IMG/VR virus record: IMGVR_UViG_3300029418_000119
Length of the DNA: 64,000 nucleotides
Direction: 5' to 3' (one strand)
Source of the DNA: a virus
In this document: positions 40,203 to 50,233 of the stretch, in pieces
Layout of the letters: each line of letters begins with the position of its first letter
How positions within the stretch are numbered: the stretch's first letter is position 1
Made by a program: the position numbers and the translations under genes
The notes under the pieces: generated by a model
What the model was told of the DNA's origin: nothing
What the model saw: the letters and a program-made list of their open reading frames with translations, nothing else
Database searches by the model: none

Positions 40203-40535
40203 ATGGATACTACACAACAGATTTTAGAGCGAGATTGGGATAATGGTTTTGTTAAAAAGATGCAGAATCGTATTTTGGTATCTCATTATAAATATGGTTG
40301 GATGAATCAGACATATCCAGATTTGGCTCAAGCTGTAAAGGAAATTTATCCAAGAGTCAAAAAGTATTTAGAGACAGGAAATACAGAATGGCTCATTGAT
40401 GTTGCTAATTTTGCAATGATTGAATATTTGCATCCTAGTGTTGTTGGAGCGCATTTCAAAGGAACGGATAGTGAAGAGTCTCCGGGACTGACAAGTGGAA
40501 TCAGCTACAAAGAACTCGAAGAGAGTATGAAGTAA
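40203..40535 (+). CDS. hypothetical protein
   Basis: RBS AAAGGATAAAATATG. Confidence 0.3.
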   Translation: MDTTQQILERDWDNGFVKKMQNRILVSHYKYGWMNQTYPDLAQAVKEIYPRVKKYLETGNTEWLIDVANFAMIEYLHPSVVGAHFKGTDSEESPGLTSGISYKELEESMK

Positions 40536-40659
40536 AATTTGAATACAAGTGGTGGGTTGGTGGGATTACATATGAAAGAAATCATTGTTTTCTTTGTGAT
40601 TGTATGGGTTATCGCCTATTACGTTTTGAAAGATAACTACAAAGATTAAGGAGATACTT

Positions 40660-41511
40660 ATGAAGAAATTTATGGCAATTTTTGTTGCATTCCTCGTTGC
40701 AGTTGGTGCAGTGCTTTGTACTGAGCGGGTACATACTGGTTATGTTGGTGTTGTTTACTCCGCAAAGGGAGTTGAGCAGCAGACCATTTCTCAGGGCTGG
40801 CACTTTATGAGTCCTCTGAAGCATGTATCTGAGTTCCCGATTACTCAGCAGCGAGTGGTATTCTCTAATGCTCCGTCCGACTATGGCGCAAAGGAACACG
40901 CAGATTGGCATATCGATGCCCCTGCTAATGGCGGTACAATTGCAATCAACCTGACTGTCAATTATAACTTCCTGCCGGAACATGTTGTTGAACTGTACAC
41001 CAAGTTTGGTGGTATGGACGGCGAGAGCCTGATGGAGAGTAAAATCCAGAACGACATTATTGCTTATGTTAAGGAAGTCACTCCTCAGTTCAGTGTCATG
41101 CAGATTTACTCTGATGATCGTGCAGGTGTTAATACTGCAATCACCGATTATCTGAATGAGAAGCTGACCGCAGAATATGGTATCAATGTTTCTTCTGCAC
41201 TGATTGTTGACGCACAGCCTGACGATACATTGATGCAGAAGATTCGCGCAAAGGAGCAGGCGAAGCAGGACGCAGAGATTGCAGAGCTGAATAAGCAGAC
41301 CGCCCTAGCTCAGGCAGAGACTGATAAGGTTAAGGCACAGACGGAAGCTGATGTTAAGATGATTGAAGCACAGGCTGAGGCTGATGCGAATAAGGTGCTT
41401 TCCGAGTCTATCACTCCTGAGTTGATTCAGATGAAGGAAGCAGAAGCTCGTCTGAAGCATGGTTGGATCACCGTTCAGGGCGCAGATACAGTCGTTACCA
41501 AGGGTGAGTAA
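40660..41511 (+). CDS. SPFH/band-7 (stomatin/prohibitin-like) membrane protein
   Basis: N-terminal TM then GYVGVVYSAKGVEQQTISQGWHFMSP SPFH core; C-terminal coiled coil. Confidence 0.65.
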   Translation: MKKFMAIFVAFLVAVGAVLCTERVHTGYVGVVYSAKGVEQQTISQGWHFMSPLKHVSEFPITQQRVVFSNAPSDYGAKEHADWHIDAPANGGTIAINLTVNYNFLPEHVVELYTKFGGMDGESLMESKIQNDIIAYVKEVTPQFSVMQIYSDDRAGVNTAITDYLNEKLTAEYGINVSSALIVDAQPDDTLMQKIRAKEQAKQDAEIAELNKQTALAQAETDKVKAQTEADVKMIEAQAEADANKVLSESITPELIQMKEAEARLKHGWITVQGADTVVTKGE

Positions 41512-41521
41512 ATAACATCTA

Positions 41522-41827
41522 TTGGATTACATTCGTGTTCAAAAAGGAGGCTTAATTATGATTATTACAGGTATGGTACATTACGAGAGCGTTTGTAAGA
41601 ACGCACTGGTTAAGTGGTATAACGATCATATGTCCAATAAAATTACGCTGGAGAACGTCTTTGTGGTTTGGAGTTGCAAGACGCTCCAGAACTACAAGGC
41701 GCTGCTTTCTACCACCGTCAGCGGTGACGGTATCTATGCTGAGTACACCTACAACGGTGATAAACAGGAACTGTATGAGGATGTGTACAAGAAACTGACC
41801 AACCAGTGCATTAAAAAGGAACTATAA
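41522..41827 (+). CDS. hypothetical protein
   Basis: RBS AAAGGAGG upstream. Confidence 0.3.
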   Translation: MDYIRVQKGGLIMIITGMVHYESVCKNALVKWYNDHMSNKITLENVFVVWSCKTLQNYKALLSTTVSGDGIYAEYTYNGDKQELYEDVYKKLTNQCIKKEL

Positions 41828-41848
41828 AATGAAAATTTTTGAAAGAAG

Positions 41849-42076
41849 GTGATTAACATAAACGCATGGAAGAAATTCTTTAAGGCACTTGGTTCTTTTC
41901 TTGGAATCATTCTGATTTTTGTGGCTACATATTTTATCTCGTGGATTACCACGATCGGTATTATCTGGCTGATTTTTAAGCTGCTGAATATTATGTTTAC
42001 CATCAAAGTAGCAACCGGTATCTGGCTGATACTGATTTTGCTTGAATGTTTTATCAAAGGTAGCCGAGGTAAATAA
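41849..42076 (+). CDS. small multi-TM membrane protein
   Basis: GTG start after AGAAGGTG; two or three hydrophobic helices. Confidence 0.3.
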   Translation: MININAWKKFFKALGSFLGIILIFVATYFISWITTIGIIWLIFKLLNIMFTIKVATGIWLILILLECFIKGSRGK

Positions 42077-42093
42077 ATAAACTAGTAGGGTGG

Positions 42094-42294
42094 GTGTGGT
42101 GGCATGAAAGGAGCTATATGGATTATTGGTCTGTTGAAGTAATGTATTACGATGATGGGAATCAGGCATTCAATACATATATGGTAAAGGCGCAGGATCA
42201 GAATGACGCTATGAATAAGGCACATCATCGCTTTGAGAAGGCGCATCCTAACATGAACTGCATGATTCACAACGCAGAAAAGGCAGGTGGCTGA
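42094..42294 (+). CDS. hypothetical protein
   Basis: Short ORF. Confidence 0.25.
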   Translation: MWWHERSYMDYWSVEVMYYDDGNQAFNTYMVKAQDQNDAMNKAHHRFEKAHPNMNCMIHNAEKAGG

Positions 42295-42508
42295 GGTGGA
42301 AGACGATAGCGTTATCTATGAAAACATCAATTCCAAAGACGATGATGAAAAATTTGTTCTAGCGCCTTGGGGTTGCCTTAATTGTGCATTCAAGGATTTC
42401 GGTTTAAAACTTCCTAAAATCTCCAGAAAGATGGCAGAAGCTTTAATGGATGATTTCTTTGAAATTATGGAAATGTCCGGCATTATAGAGAGGGAAAATG
42501 AACCTTGA
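42287..42508 (+). CDS. hypothetical protein
   Basis: Short ORF. Confidence 0.25.
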   Translation: MAEVEDDSVIYENINSKDDDEKFVLAPWGCLNCAFKDFGLKLPKISRKMAEALMDDFFEIMEMSGIIERENEP

Positions 42509-42578
42509 TAAAAGTGCCGTTTTATCGTAAAATTCTATCAAATTTATAACGTAGATACGTTAAATAACAGGAGACAAA

Positions 42579-43013
42579 ATGAAGAAGCGGACAGAAAAGC
42601 TGCTTGAAGCTGAAGGATACGAGATCCGAAATGCACAAATCAAGAATGTTAGCCTTAACATGGCCGATCATGGAGTTTTGACTTCTGATTTGACGTTGGA
42701 TGGTCATGGATGGGGCGTTTGCTATGGAGGATATGTTCTTGGTAAAGGATATGTAGGAGCAAAAACTTTCAAAGGATATGCTTCTGGTATGGAAGCCATC
42801 ATGCGAATCATGGACACTGTTGGCTGCGATAAGTACGAGAACATGAAAGACAAGTATATCCGTGTGGCAACTAAAGGCTGGGGTAGTACAGTAAAAATTA
42901 TCGGCAATATTCTTGAGGATAAGTGGTTTGATTATGAATCTTTCTTTGATGATATGAAAAACGACACTGCCGATGATAAGGGTACTGAGGTAATATGGAG
43001 AAGAAATACGTAA
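42579..43013 (+). CDS. hypothetical protein
   Basis: RBS AGGAGACAAAATG. Confidence 0.35.
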   Translation: MKKRTEKLLEAEGYEIRNAQIKNVSLNMADHGVLTSDLTLDGHGWGVCYGGYVLGKGYVGAKTFKGYASGMEAIMRIMDTVGCDKYENMKDKYIRVATKGWGSTVKIIGNILEDKWFDYESFFDDMKNDTADDKGTEVIWRRNT

Positions 43014-43249
43014 AAATCTTTAAATGCCGTGGATGCAATCGCGATATCATTAAAAATGATGTTGATTTATCTATTGCTGAGAAATGGACTCTTTCAGGAA
43101 TGTTTCAAGATGGGTGTAAACCCGTTGAAGTGTCTGGCGGGTCTAGGCTTTCTGGACAGAACAAATTCCTGCTTCATCGGTGTGATCCAGAGAAGCTTTG
43201 TATTTGTGATTTCATTGGATGGAAAGAAATCGAGGCTAAAAATGATTAA
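42995..43249 (+). CDS. small zinc-ribbon protein
   Basis: CRGCNR ... HRCDPEKLCIC. Confidence 0.3.
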   Translation: MEKKYVKIFKCRGCNRDIIKNDVDLSIAEKWTLSGMFQDGCKPVEVSGGSRLSGQNKFLLHRCDPEKLCICDFIGWKEIEAKND

Positions 43250-43580
43250 CAATCCTTTTGCAGAAAAAGGTATTATTGCCTGCCAGTGCTGTGGCAGCGG
43301 TGAATATCTCTTTAATGAAGATGGTAACCGTAATGGTTACTGTGGTAACTGCGGAGCTAGAATCGACTGGCCGGAAGTAGAGTTAGATGACTGGAATATC
43401 CCAGCGGTGAATCTCCCAAAACTTTGTAGCACCGTTATGGCAAAATACGGCGAGAGAGAAGTTAAAGTGTGGTACTCAAAATATGGCAATTGGATGCCTG
43501 ACGGCGTGATGACGTACTTGAAGTCACCTGATTATTGGCGTTATTTAACGGAGAACGAGCATGAAGAAAGTAACACTTGA
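43242..43580 (+). CDS. zinc-ribbon protein, CxxC...CxxCGxxxDW family
   Basis: CQCCGSG ... CGNCGARIDW; ATG 43242 chosen over the longer overlapping ORF start at 43029. Confidence 0.4.
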   Translation: MINNPFAEKGIIACQCCGSGEYLFNEDGNRNGYCGNCGARIDWPEVELDDWNIPAVNLPKLCSTVMAKYGEREVKVWYSKYGNWMPDGVMTYLKSPDYWRYLTENEHEESNT

Positions 43581-43938
43581 ACTTCTGGTTGATGAAAACG
43601 GAGACGAGGACATCAACCCCATTAAAGGCGACATCTGCGATAGACTCGAGCGTTGTTATCATAATATAAAGTTGGTTTCATACGAAGAAGAAAGCATCGA
43701 TGCACGATGGTTTTGCGCGAAAGACGTAACTCCTCCAGTCCCAGAGCACGGAATGTGTTCAGAGGATGTCATCATAAAATACAAGGACGGAACAGAAAGC
43801 GTTGCGTGCATCACATTTAATGGTGAGTGGTATGATACTGATTATTATGAGGTTGCTGATACGGTAGTATATTGGCGCTACATGACGGAGAGAGAAACAA
43901 AGCTTGACAAAAAGCTAAGAAATTCCAAATTTCAGTAA
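43561..43938 (+). CDS. hypothetical protein
   Basis: ATG overlaps the previous gene. Confidence 0.3.
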   Translation: MKKVTLELLVDENGDEDINPIKGDICDRLERCYHNIKLVSYEEESIDARWFCAKDVTPPVPEHGMCSEDVIIKYKDGTESVACITFNGEWYDTDYYEVADTVVYWRYMTERETKLDKKLRNSKFQ

Positions 43939-43944
43939 AATTAT

Positions 43945-44322
43945 TTGACGCATTATCGCAATAAATTTATAACAAATTTTGATAGAATTCCGCTTTTAAC
44001 AGAAAGGAAATATATGTTTAAGAATTTCAAAAATACTGTCGTATGCATACTTCTAGCAGCTATTATACTGACTGGATGCAGTACAAGTGTGAAAGACTCA
44101 GTGGGGAATGCAGCTGTAGAGAATGACTGGTTCTATCGTATCAGTGATACACCTATGGTATACAACAAGGATACACACATTATGTATTACTTATTTTATA
44201 AAGGTGCAGTCAATCGAGGCTACGGCTATATGTCTCCTTATTATAATGAGTACGGTCAGATGTGCTACTATGTTGATGGTCAGATTATTCCTGTCGAGGA
44301 GGTGTTAATCGATGTTGACTGA
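43945..44322 (+). CDS. putative lipoprotein
   Basis: Signal peptide with lipobox ILTGC. Confidence 0.35.
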   Translation: MTHYRNKFITNFDRIPLLTERKYMFKNFKNTVVCILLAAIILTGCSTSVKDSVGNAAVENDWFYRISDTPMVYNKDTHIMYYLFYKGAVNRGYGYMSPYYNEYGQMCYYVDGQIIPVEEVLIDVD

Positions 44323-44512
44323 GATTACTTGGCTTACAACCAAAGCTTATATTATTTTGCTTTTAACCGCAACTGTAATTCGCTCCGAGCAGATTCTGTA
44401 TGATACCTCTACATATATTTTTGGAGGCGATAAGAAGAATGGAATGTATGGCTGCGTCGCGCTAAATGTTTTTATTATCGTTTGTGCAAGTATGTGGACG
44501 GTGGTGTTTTAA

Positions 44513-44791
44513 ATGAACTACATAAAACTGGTTAATGCTGATAGATTAAAAGATTGTCTTTTGCTGGAAGGAAATCTTGGACATATCAAAACTCTAAAAG
44601 ATGTTGAACGAGTTATTGATTTTCAAGTAGATCGCCAGCCAACAACTGTATTTGAGTTCGTAGATAATTGTGAGAGCTCGGCATGGGTGTGTGATTGTTG
44701 TGGTGGCGAAATTAAAGGGCAAGAGTCGCCAGAAAGCCTTGGCTATAATTGTTGCCCGTTCTGCGGTCTTTTAATCGAGGTTGGAAAATGA
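44513..44791 (+). CDS. small zinc-ribbon protein
   Basis: CDCCGG ... CCPFCG. Confidence 0.3.
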   Translation: MNYIKLVNADRLKDCLLLEGNLGHIKTLKDVERVIDFQVDRQPTTVFEFVDNCESSAWVCDCCGGEIKGQESPESLGYNCCPFCGLLIEVGK

Positions 44792-45342
44792 ACTACGCTA
44801 AAATCGTTCCATGTGATATAGCAAATGGTGAAGGGGTGCGTGTCACACTTTTCGTGCAGGGTTGTGATCACCATTGTCCAGGTTGTCAAAATCCTACCAC
44901 ATGGGACCCGAATGGTGGTCAGCCATTCACTGATGAAACGCTTGATAAAATTGTAGATTTACTTCGACCTGATTATATTCAGGGGCTTACGCTTACTGGT
45001 GGAGATCCACTGTATCCAGAGAACAGGGAGATGATTTGCAAAATTCTAATAAGAGTCAGACACGAGTTTGAAGGAAGCAAAGACATTTGGATGTGGACTG
45101 GATATACATGGGAAGAATTGATTCAACAGGCGGCAGAAGAATTGGAATATCAAACTATTCCGACAACGGTAACAATTATTCGAAACATAAACGTGCTAGT
45201 CGATGGCCCATATATTGAATCTAAACGAGATATCTCTTTGCCGTACATGGGGAGTTCCAATCAACGTGTAATCGGCTGTAATAAGAGTTTTGCTTTGCGA
45301 AGACCAGTCCTTTGGTGGACTCCAGAAGAGAAAGGAAAATAA
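44788..45342 (+). CDS. nrdG: anaerobic ribonucleotide reductase activating protein NrdG (radical SAM)
   Basis: MNYAKIVPCDIANGEGVR ... CDHHCPGC radical-SAM cysteine motif. Confidence 0.8.
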   Translation: MNYAKIVPCDIANGEGVRVTLFVQGCDHHCPGCQNPTTWDPNGGQPFTDETLDKIVDLLRPDYIQGLTLTGGDPLYPENREMICKILIRVRHEFEGSKDIWMWTGYTWEELIQQAAEELEYQTIPTTVTIIRNINVLVDGPYIESKRDISLPYMGSSNQRVIGCNKSFALRRPVLWWTPEEKGK

Positions 45343-45343
45343 C

Positions 45344-45877
45344 ATGGATTTAGGAAACACAACTATTAATCTTGGCTATGGCATGAGTCAGATGCCGTAT
45401 CGCCCCAACATTAAAATCAACAAATTGCACGATGACGCTCATCTGCCGACTTATGGTTCTGCAAATGCTGCTTGTGCAGACCTGTATGCCTATATTGGTT
45501 TTGATGATGCAACGATGGTAAACAAGAATGGCGATCGTTGTATTATGATTCAGCCGCATGAGACCGTTAAGGTACATACTGGTTTGCGAATGGCTCCGCC
45601 GGAAGGTTGGTACATTCAGGGCTTCGCCCGCAGCGGTCTTTCCACAAAGCAGGGACTTGCACCTGTAAACGCTGTGCCAATCATCGACCAGGATTATCGT
45701 GGAGAGATCATTATTCCTCTCCACAACTATTCCAACATCCCGCAGATGATTACTCATGGCGACCGCATTGCTCAGATGGCAGTTGTTCCGTTTTGGCAGG
45801 CTGATTTTGAAGAAGTTTCCAAATTGGACGAAACTGAGCGTGGAGCCGGTGGGTTTGGTTCTACTGGAAAACAGTAA
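45344..45877 (+). CDS. dut: dUTP diphosphatase
   Basis: dUTPase motifs GSANAACADLYA, RSGLSTKQGL, IDQDYRGE, GDRIAQ. Confidence 0.8.
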   Translation: MDLGNTTINLGYGMSQMPYRPNIKINKLHDDAHLPTYGSANAACADLYAYIGFDDATMVNKNGDRCIMIQPHETVKVHTGLRMAPPEGWYIQGFARSGLSTKQGLAPVNAVPIIDQDYRGEIIIPLHNYSNIPQMITHGDRIAQMAVVPFWQADFEEVSKLDETERGAGGFGSTGKQ

Positions 45878-45882
45878 TCGAG

Positions 45883-46350
45883 GTGTTTATGGGAAAGACA
45901 ATCGATACGTCCGAGCTTCTGTATCGGATGGGCAAGTACGCAGAAATCGATGCTGAGCAGGATAAGCATGATGCGTTTATGCATTTCATGCTTCTTTTGA
46001 CACGCACAATTGAAAAGATGCCGAATGCTGCATTGACTCATAAAAATCCGATTGATGATGAGATTATGGAAAATCAGTACGAGCTGACGAACGCAATCTC
46101 ACTGGTAACTGGCCGCACTCGAAACGACGGCTGGTATCTAACTTGGATTGGCATGACAATGAAAATCGTGCATCTGAAGATCGGAGAATCAGCTGGTTTC
46201 CGATACATCAAAGATAATGATGGACATGATTATCCGGGCGCAATGCACACATCTTGTGTTGTTGATTATTACATCTCAAGTGACAAGAAAAATGTTATTG
46301 TCCAGACTGAGAATACAGTTTATAAGTTTGAAAAGATCGAGGAGAATTAA
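45883..46350 (+). CDS. hypothetical protein
   Basis: ORF. Confidence 0.3.
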   Translation: MFMGKTIDTSELLYRMGKYAEIDAEQDKHDAFMHFMLLLTRTIEKMPNAALTHKNPIDDEIMENQYELTNAISLVTGRTRNDGWYLTWIGMTMKIVHLKIGESAGFRYIKDNDGHDYPGAMHTSCVVDYYISSDKKNVIVQTENTVYKFEKIEEN

Positions 46351-46353
46351 ATT

Positions 46354-46659
46354 ATGGCTAAATATTTTTACGTTTACAATATCGCTGGTGTCGAAGATTC
46401 TGTTGTGAAGATGTTTAACACTGATACTGGTGCAATGGGCGAGAAGAGTGTCAAGAAGGATCGCATGGATGGTTTTATTGATGGTATCAAGACGAGCGGC
46501 TTTGTTTTGAACAAGGAGCTGGCAGAGGCTGACGTTGCAGAGGCCGAAGCAAAGCGTGTCCTTGCAGAGAAGATGACTTCTTATCAGGCAGCTCGCGATG
46601 ACTATCACAACAAGAGTGAGACTTTGAAGAAGGTCAAAGCTAAGTACGGCATTAAGTAA
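46354..46659 (+). CDS. hypothetical protein
   Basis: ORF. Confidence 0.3.
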   Translation: MAKYFYVYNIAGVEDSVVKMFNTDTGAMGEKSVKKDRMDGFIDGIKTSGFVLNKELAEADVAEAEAKRVLAEKMTSYQAARDDYHNKSETLKKVKAKYGIK

Positions 46660-46671
46660 GGAGAATACATA

Positions 46672-46887
46672 ATGTACGATAGATACACTGGGCGCAAAGG
46701 CGTTGCTTTGGAAAATCTCATGGACGAAGATTGGAAAACTGCACTTGCCTTACACAAGGAAGATATCCCAAAAGGTGCTGAGGTGTATATTCAAAAGATG
46801 ATTCAAAATCTTTATGGATGTTATCTTGTAGTTAAGTATAATAATTCTGTTTATTATGTTAAACCAGAAGGTATTAAGCTGATTTGA
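46672..46887 (+). CDS. hypothetical protein
   Basis: ORF. Confidence 0.3.
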   Translation: MYDRYTGRKGVALENLMDEDWKTALALHKEDIPKGAEVYIQKMIQNLYGCYLVVKYNNSVYYVKPEGIKLI

Positions 46888-46894
46888 GGTATGT

Positions 46895-47218
46895 ATGAAG
46901 TATTACACTGTCGAATCTCATTACGAGAAAGAAGCTCCATTTGGAATTGCATGGCAAGTAAAGCTGTTTGACGGGCATACGCTTTTGGAAGAGTACAACC
47001 ACATCTTCTATAACGAGATTGCTGGCTACTGCAAATGCCTTGAGGATATGGGGTTTATCGAGAATGTCGAAGTGAAACTGGACATCGAAAGCGAATTGAA
47101 GAAGCTACAGGATTTCCAAAAGAGTATCGATGAAATCACGGCGAAGGCCGCGATGCTGGAAAATCCTGCAAAAAGTGTAGAAACACCTTCAATTAGAACG
47201 AAATATTCATTCTGGTAA
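46895..47218 (+). CDS. hypothetical protein
   Basis: ORF. Confidence 0.3.
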   Translation: MKYYTVESHYEKEAPFGIAWQVKLFDGHTLLEEYNHIFYNEIAGYCKCLEDMGFIENVEVKLDIESELKKLQDFQKSIDEITAKAAMLENPAKSVETPSIRTKYSFW

Positions 47219-47234
47219 AAGGTAAATTTTACGG

Positions 47235-47474
47235 GTGGGTGGGAGGAATAAATACATGAAAGCACATATTCGAGAAGAAAAGAAAACAGAACCATTAAAA
47301 CTTGGTAAAGGAACGTTGTTCCAAAATAAAGACGGCGAGATATACAAAGTCTGCGACACAGCAGAATATGATGAAACGTATACTGACGATGAGATTATCA
47401 AAGTCGCTTTGTCCGAAGAAAATATGATTATTGGATCGAATTTTTTTAATACATCGTTTGTGTTTGCGGATTGA
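47235..47474 (+). CDS. hypothetical protein
   Basis: ORF. Confidence 0.3.
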   Translation: MGGRNKYMKAHIREEKKTEPLKLGKGTLFQNKDGEIYKVCDTAEYDETYTDDEIIKVALSEENMIIGSNFFNTSFVFAD

Positions 47475-47483
47475 GGCGTAGAT

Positions 47484-47714
47484 ATGCATAAGACTGATAG
47501 TTTAAAAAATCCGGTAATCGTATTTCCATGTAAGAATTGCGGTTGTACAACTAAGATTCGAGTGGCTTCTTTTGAAAATCCTGATTTGGACATTCCTGAG
47601 AATAATGTGATTGCGTGCTATAGATGTAGAGCGGAAGTTGCTGGGGCTGAGTTTATTTCTTGGAAAGAAGCAACTAAAACTATTTTTACCGTGGAGGTGC
47701 CAGATGGCGATTAA
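47484..47714 (+). CDS. small zinc-ribbon protein
   Basis: CKNCGC ... CYRCR. Confidence 0.3.
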   Translation: MHKTDSLKNPVIVFPCKNCGCTTKIRVASFENPDLDIPENNVIACYRCRAEVAGAEFISWKEATKTIFTVEVPDGD

Positions 47715-47937
47715 GATTATTGAACACAAACATGAGCGAAAGAAAACAAGATATGCCGTTAAATTCCTTTGTAAATGTGGATGCGTATTTTGGGCTGATG
47801 AAGAAGATACGAAAATTCCAAAAGAATTTGATTGGACTGAATACTCACCGGTTAAACAGGCGATTTGCCCAGAATGCAACACAGAAGTTTCATCTTGTTT
47901 ATCTACAGTTCCAAGAGAAAAGATTTTTGTGGATTGA
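47704..47937 (+). CDS. small zinc-ribbon protein, tandem paralog 1 (MAIKIIEH...)
   Basis: MAIKIIEHKHERKKTRYAVKFLCKCGCVFWAD ... CPECN; RBS GGAGGTG. Confidence 0.4.
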   Translation: MAIKIIEHKHERKKTRYAVKFLCKCGCVFWADEEDTKIPKEFDWTEYSPVKQAICPECNTEVSSCLSTVPREKIFVD

Positions 47938-47945
47938 GGTGCCAA

Positions 47946-48245
47946 ATGGCTATACGAATTGAAGTCCATGGTAAAGAAAGAGAAAAAACAAAATACTCAG
48001 TAGAGTTTAGATGTTCTAGCTGCGGTTGCGAGTTTTGGGTTGATGCAGATTCTCTTGGAGAGTTCAAGCCAGCCAATTATTGTGATTTGAAATACAACTG
48101 TCCTGAATGTGATTCTAGTTCTTATCCGGTTGATATTATGGAGAACAGCCGTATCTTTAATAAACACAAGTGGAAACCTATATTTTGGCAGATTATCGAA
48201 TCTCCGTTTCATCGGTATTGCAGAATTTGCGATAAAGAAAAATAA
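47946..48245 (+). CDS. small zinc-ribbon protein, tandem paralog 2 (MAIRIEVH...)
   Basis: MAIRIEVHGKEREKTKYSVEFRCSSCGCEFWVD ... CPECD; clear paralogy to the preceding gene. Confidence 0.4.
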   Translation: MAIRIEVHGKEREKTKYSVEFRCSSCGCEFWVDADSLGEFKPANYCDLKYNCPECDSSSYPVDIMENSRIFNKHKWKPIFWQIIESPFHRYCRICDKEK

Positions 48246-48302
48246 TATGCCAAAGCAAGTTTATTTTCAAGAATGTATGTTTTAGAAAGAGGTGAGAAAA
48301 AA

Positions 48303-48683
48303 ATGGCTATTTGCAGTAAATGTCTACATAAAGAAGTATGCGCTTATAGAAAGCAAACAAGAGATAGTTGCGCCGAATCTTGCGAAGACTTTCTCGGTTG
48401 GGTTAAGGTCATGGATGAGCGTCCGATTCTTTTAAAAGACAACGTTGTAATAAGCGATTGTGGTCTGTCATTTATTGGATATTACGATTACAATAAGAGA
48501 GATCGAGAACACTTTTGCGATGCAAACACACTTGAAAAAATTTATGAATGTCCATCTTACTGGCTGAAAGGACTTGAATTGCATGAGCAAGAACGAATCG
48601 CAAACAAAGAATATAAACAACGATTGGCTCGCAAAGAAGCGGAGAGCGTACTTCAAACTGTTTCTGATGCAGACGAGAGTTGA
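48303..48683 (+). CDS. hypothetical cysteine-rich protein
   Basis: ATG after AGAGGTGAGAAAAAA. Confidence 0.3.
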   Translation: MAICSKCLHKEVCAYRKQTRDSCAESCEDFLGWVKVMDERPILLKDNVVISDCGLSFIGYYDYNKRDREHFCDANTLEKIYECPSYWLKGLELHEQERIANKEYKQRLARKEAESVLQTVSDADES

Positions 48684-48735
48684 CTTTTGACGCAATTTGC
48701 AGAGCGTGTGAGAAAATCAAAGGATGGTGTATGAG

Positions 48736-49032
48736 ATGAAAGTTATAGAACTTATCAAAAAACTGAATGAAATAGGCTATGATGAAAATACCGAATTGAC
48801 CTTTGGGGTTGTTAATAGAGAAAACGGCAACTGGTATGAGGCTCCGTTCGATGAAATCAACTATGGAATTGATTTGACTGGAGAGCCATACCACAATGAT
48901 GTAATCAATATTGACGTTGATGTAGATTCTGTAGAAGAATATCAGAAAGAAAAAACAGATTCTGCTGTTGAAAGTTTTGTTGATGAGATTCAGGAAGTTT
49001 TAAATAAATATCAGCGTAAGCTTATTTTTTAA
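48736..49032 (+). CDS. hypothetical acidic protein
   Basis: ORF; start 48724 or 48736. Confidence 0.3.
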   Translation: MKVIELIKKLNEIGYDENTELTFGVVNRENGNWYEAPFDEINYGIDLTGEPYHNDVINIDVDVDSVEEYQKEKTDSAVESFVDEIQEVLNKYQRKLIF

Positions 49033-49057
49033 GAACTAGACTTTTATGAGGTGACTT

Positions 49058-49282
49058 ATGGGTGACTTTGCATTTTGTAGTACATTCACAGAAGACTATA
49101 AACTATTTTTAGAGAAAATTAAGAATGGCACTCTTACGGAAGAAGAACTAATAGAGTTTGATAAAAAATATGGCTGCAAATTAGAATACACTTATTATGC
49201 AGATCAAACGCCTGAATATCTCAGACATCTTTTTAAACAAAAGAAAAGTATCTATAACAATCCAATCATTAAAAGTCGGTAA
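49058..49282 (+). CDS. hypothetical protein
   Basis: ORF. Confidence 0.3.
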   Translation: MGDFAFCSTFTEDYKLFLEKIKNGTLTEEELIEFDKKYGCKLEYTYYADQTPEYLRHLFKQKKSIYNNPIIKSR

Positions 49283-49287
49283 CGTAA

Positions 49288-49752
49288 ATGGTAAATAAAG
49301 ATTTTTCAATCGAAAAGAATCACTGGGAAATACAAAATCCAGAATGGGAAAACTATTCTCATTTCATCTGCACTAAAGACCATTATTGGACTGGTGTACA
49401 CGGTATCAGCAACTATTTTCTTCAATATAAGAATTTTGGCAGAAGTAAACCAGTCGAACGATTTTCTGTAGAATGGCCGAACTTCGTAAAGCACATGTGG
49501 TTTATCCATTGGCGTGGCCCATGGGATTATATTTTTGCTTCATATAAATTATCCGAAATCAAACGATTTTTAGAACTTGATATTGACGCTATTAAAAAGA
49601 ACCATTGGCCGGATGGCCGCTGCACTTGCTACAGTATTTATGACTACGTGACGAAGAAATGGTACTATTTTAAAATCGAAAATTTGGGAACATTTTATGG
49701 ATGCACGTGGCCGTTGGGTGATGATACGGGGGATGTGATTAGTTGTGACTAA
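49288..49752 (+). CDS. hypothetical Trp-rich protein
   Basis: ORF. Confidence 0.3.
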   Translation: MVNKDFSIEKNHWEIQNPEWENYSHFICTKDHYWTGVHGISNYFLQYKNFGRSKPVERFSVEWPNFVKHMWFIHWRGPWDYIFASYKLSEIKRFLELDIDAIKKNHWPDGRCTCYSIYDYVTKKWYYFKIENLGTFYGCTWPLGDDTGDVISCD

Positions 49753-50233
49753 ACAAATAGGCTATTATAAATCCGACTGGTACATTATGGGCATTGATGG
49801 AAAATATAACAATGCCTGTATCTCGCATACAGAATCGCAGCTTCGATATACAGTTCCAAGGTCGCCAGAATGGACCATCAATGGATTGGGTTTTGCTTAT
49901 CTTAGAGAACATGGATTTAAAGATTATCCTGAATTCTATGGTATTGTATTCTATGATATGGAGTGGTGGCGACGAAAACGCTATCCGGGTGACTTTTATG
50001 TAGAAATACCGATTTGCGATTTGTGCGGAGATGCCTTTCATTTAAAATGGCGTTGTAAGGAATTTCGTGTACATCAATGGTCTTGCTTGCGTAAAGAAAC
50101 AAAGTGGGTGAAAGGCAGAAGTAACTACACTATTTATGAGCTTGCCGATAAGTTGCCACACGAAGAATTTATAGAATATCTTAAAGACAACGGTATCTAT
50201 ATTGTAAACGAAGGTGGTATTGAACTTGGATGA
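49745..50233 (+). CDS. hypothetical Trp/Cys-rich protein
   Basis: ORF. Confidence 0.3.
   Translation: MTKQIGYYKSDWYIMGIDGKYNNACISHTESQLRYTVPRSPEWTINGLGFAYLREHGFKDYPEFYGIVFYDMEWWRRKRYPGDFYVEIPICDLCGDAFHLKWRCKEFRVHQWSCLRKETKWVKGRSNYTIYELADKLPHEEFIEYLKDNGIYIVNEGGIELG

Noticed and set aside
43029-43241. N-terminal extension of ORF 43029-43580
   Set aside because: It overlaps the better-supported zinc-ribbon ORF 42995-43249 in another frame. The conserved protein starts at ATG 43242 (MINNPFAEKG...).
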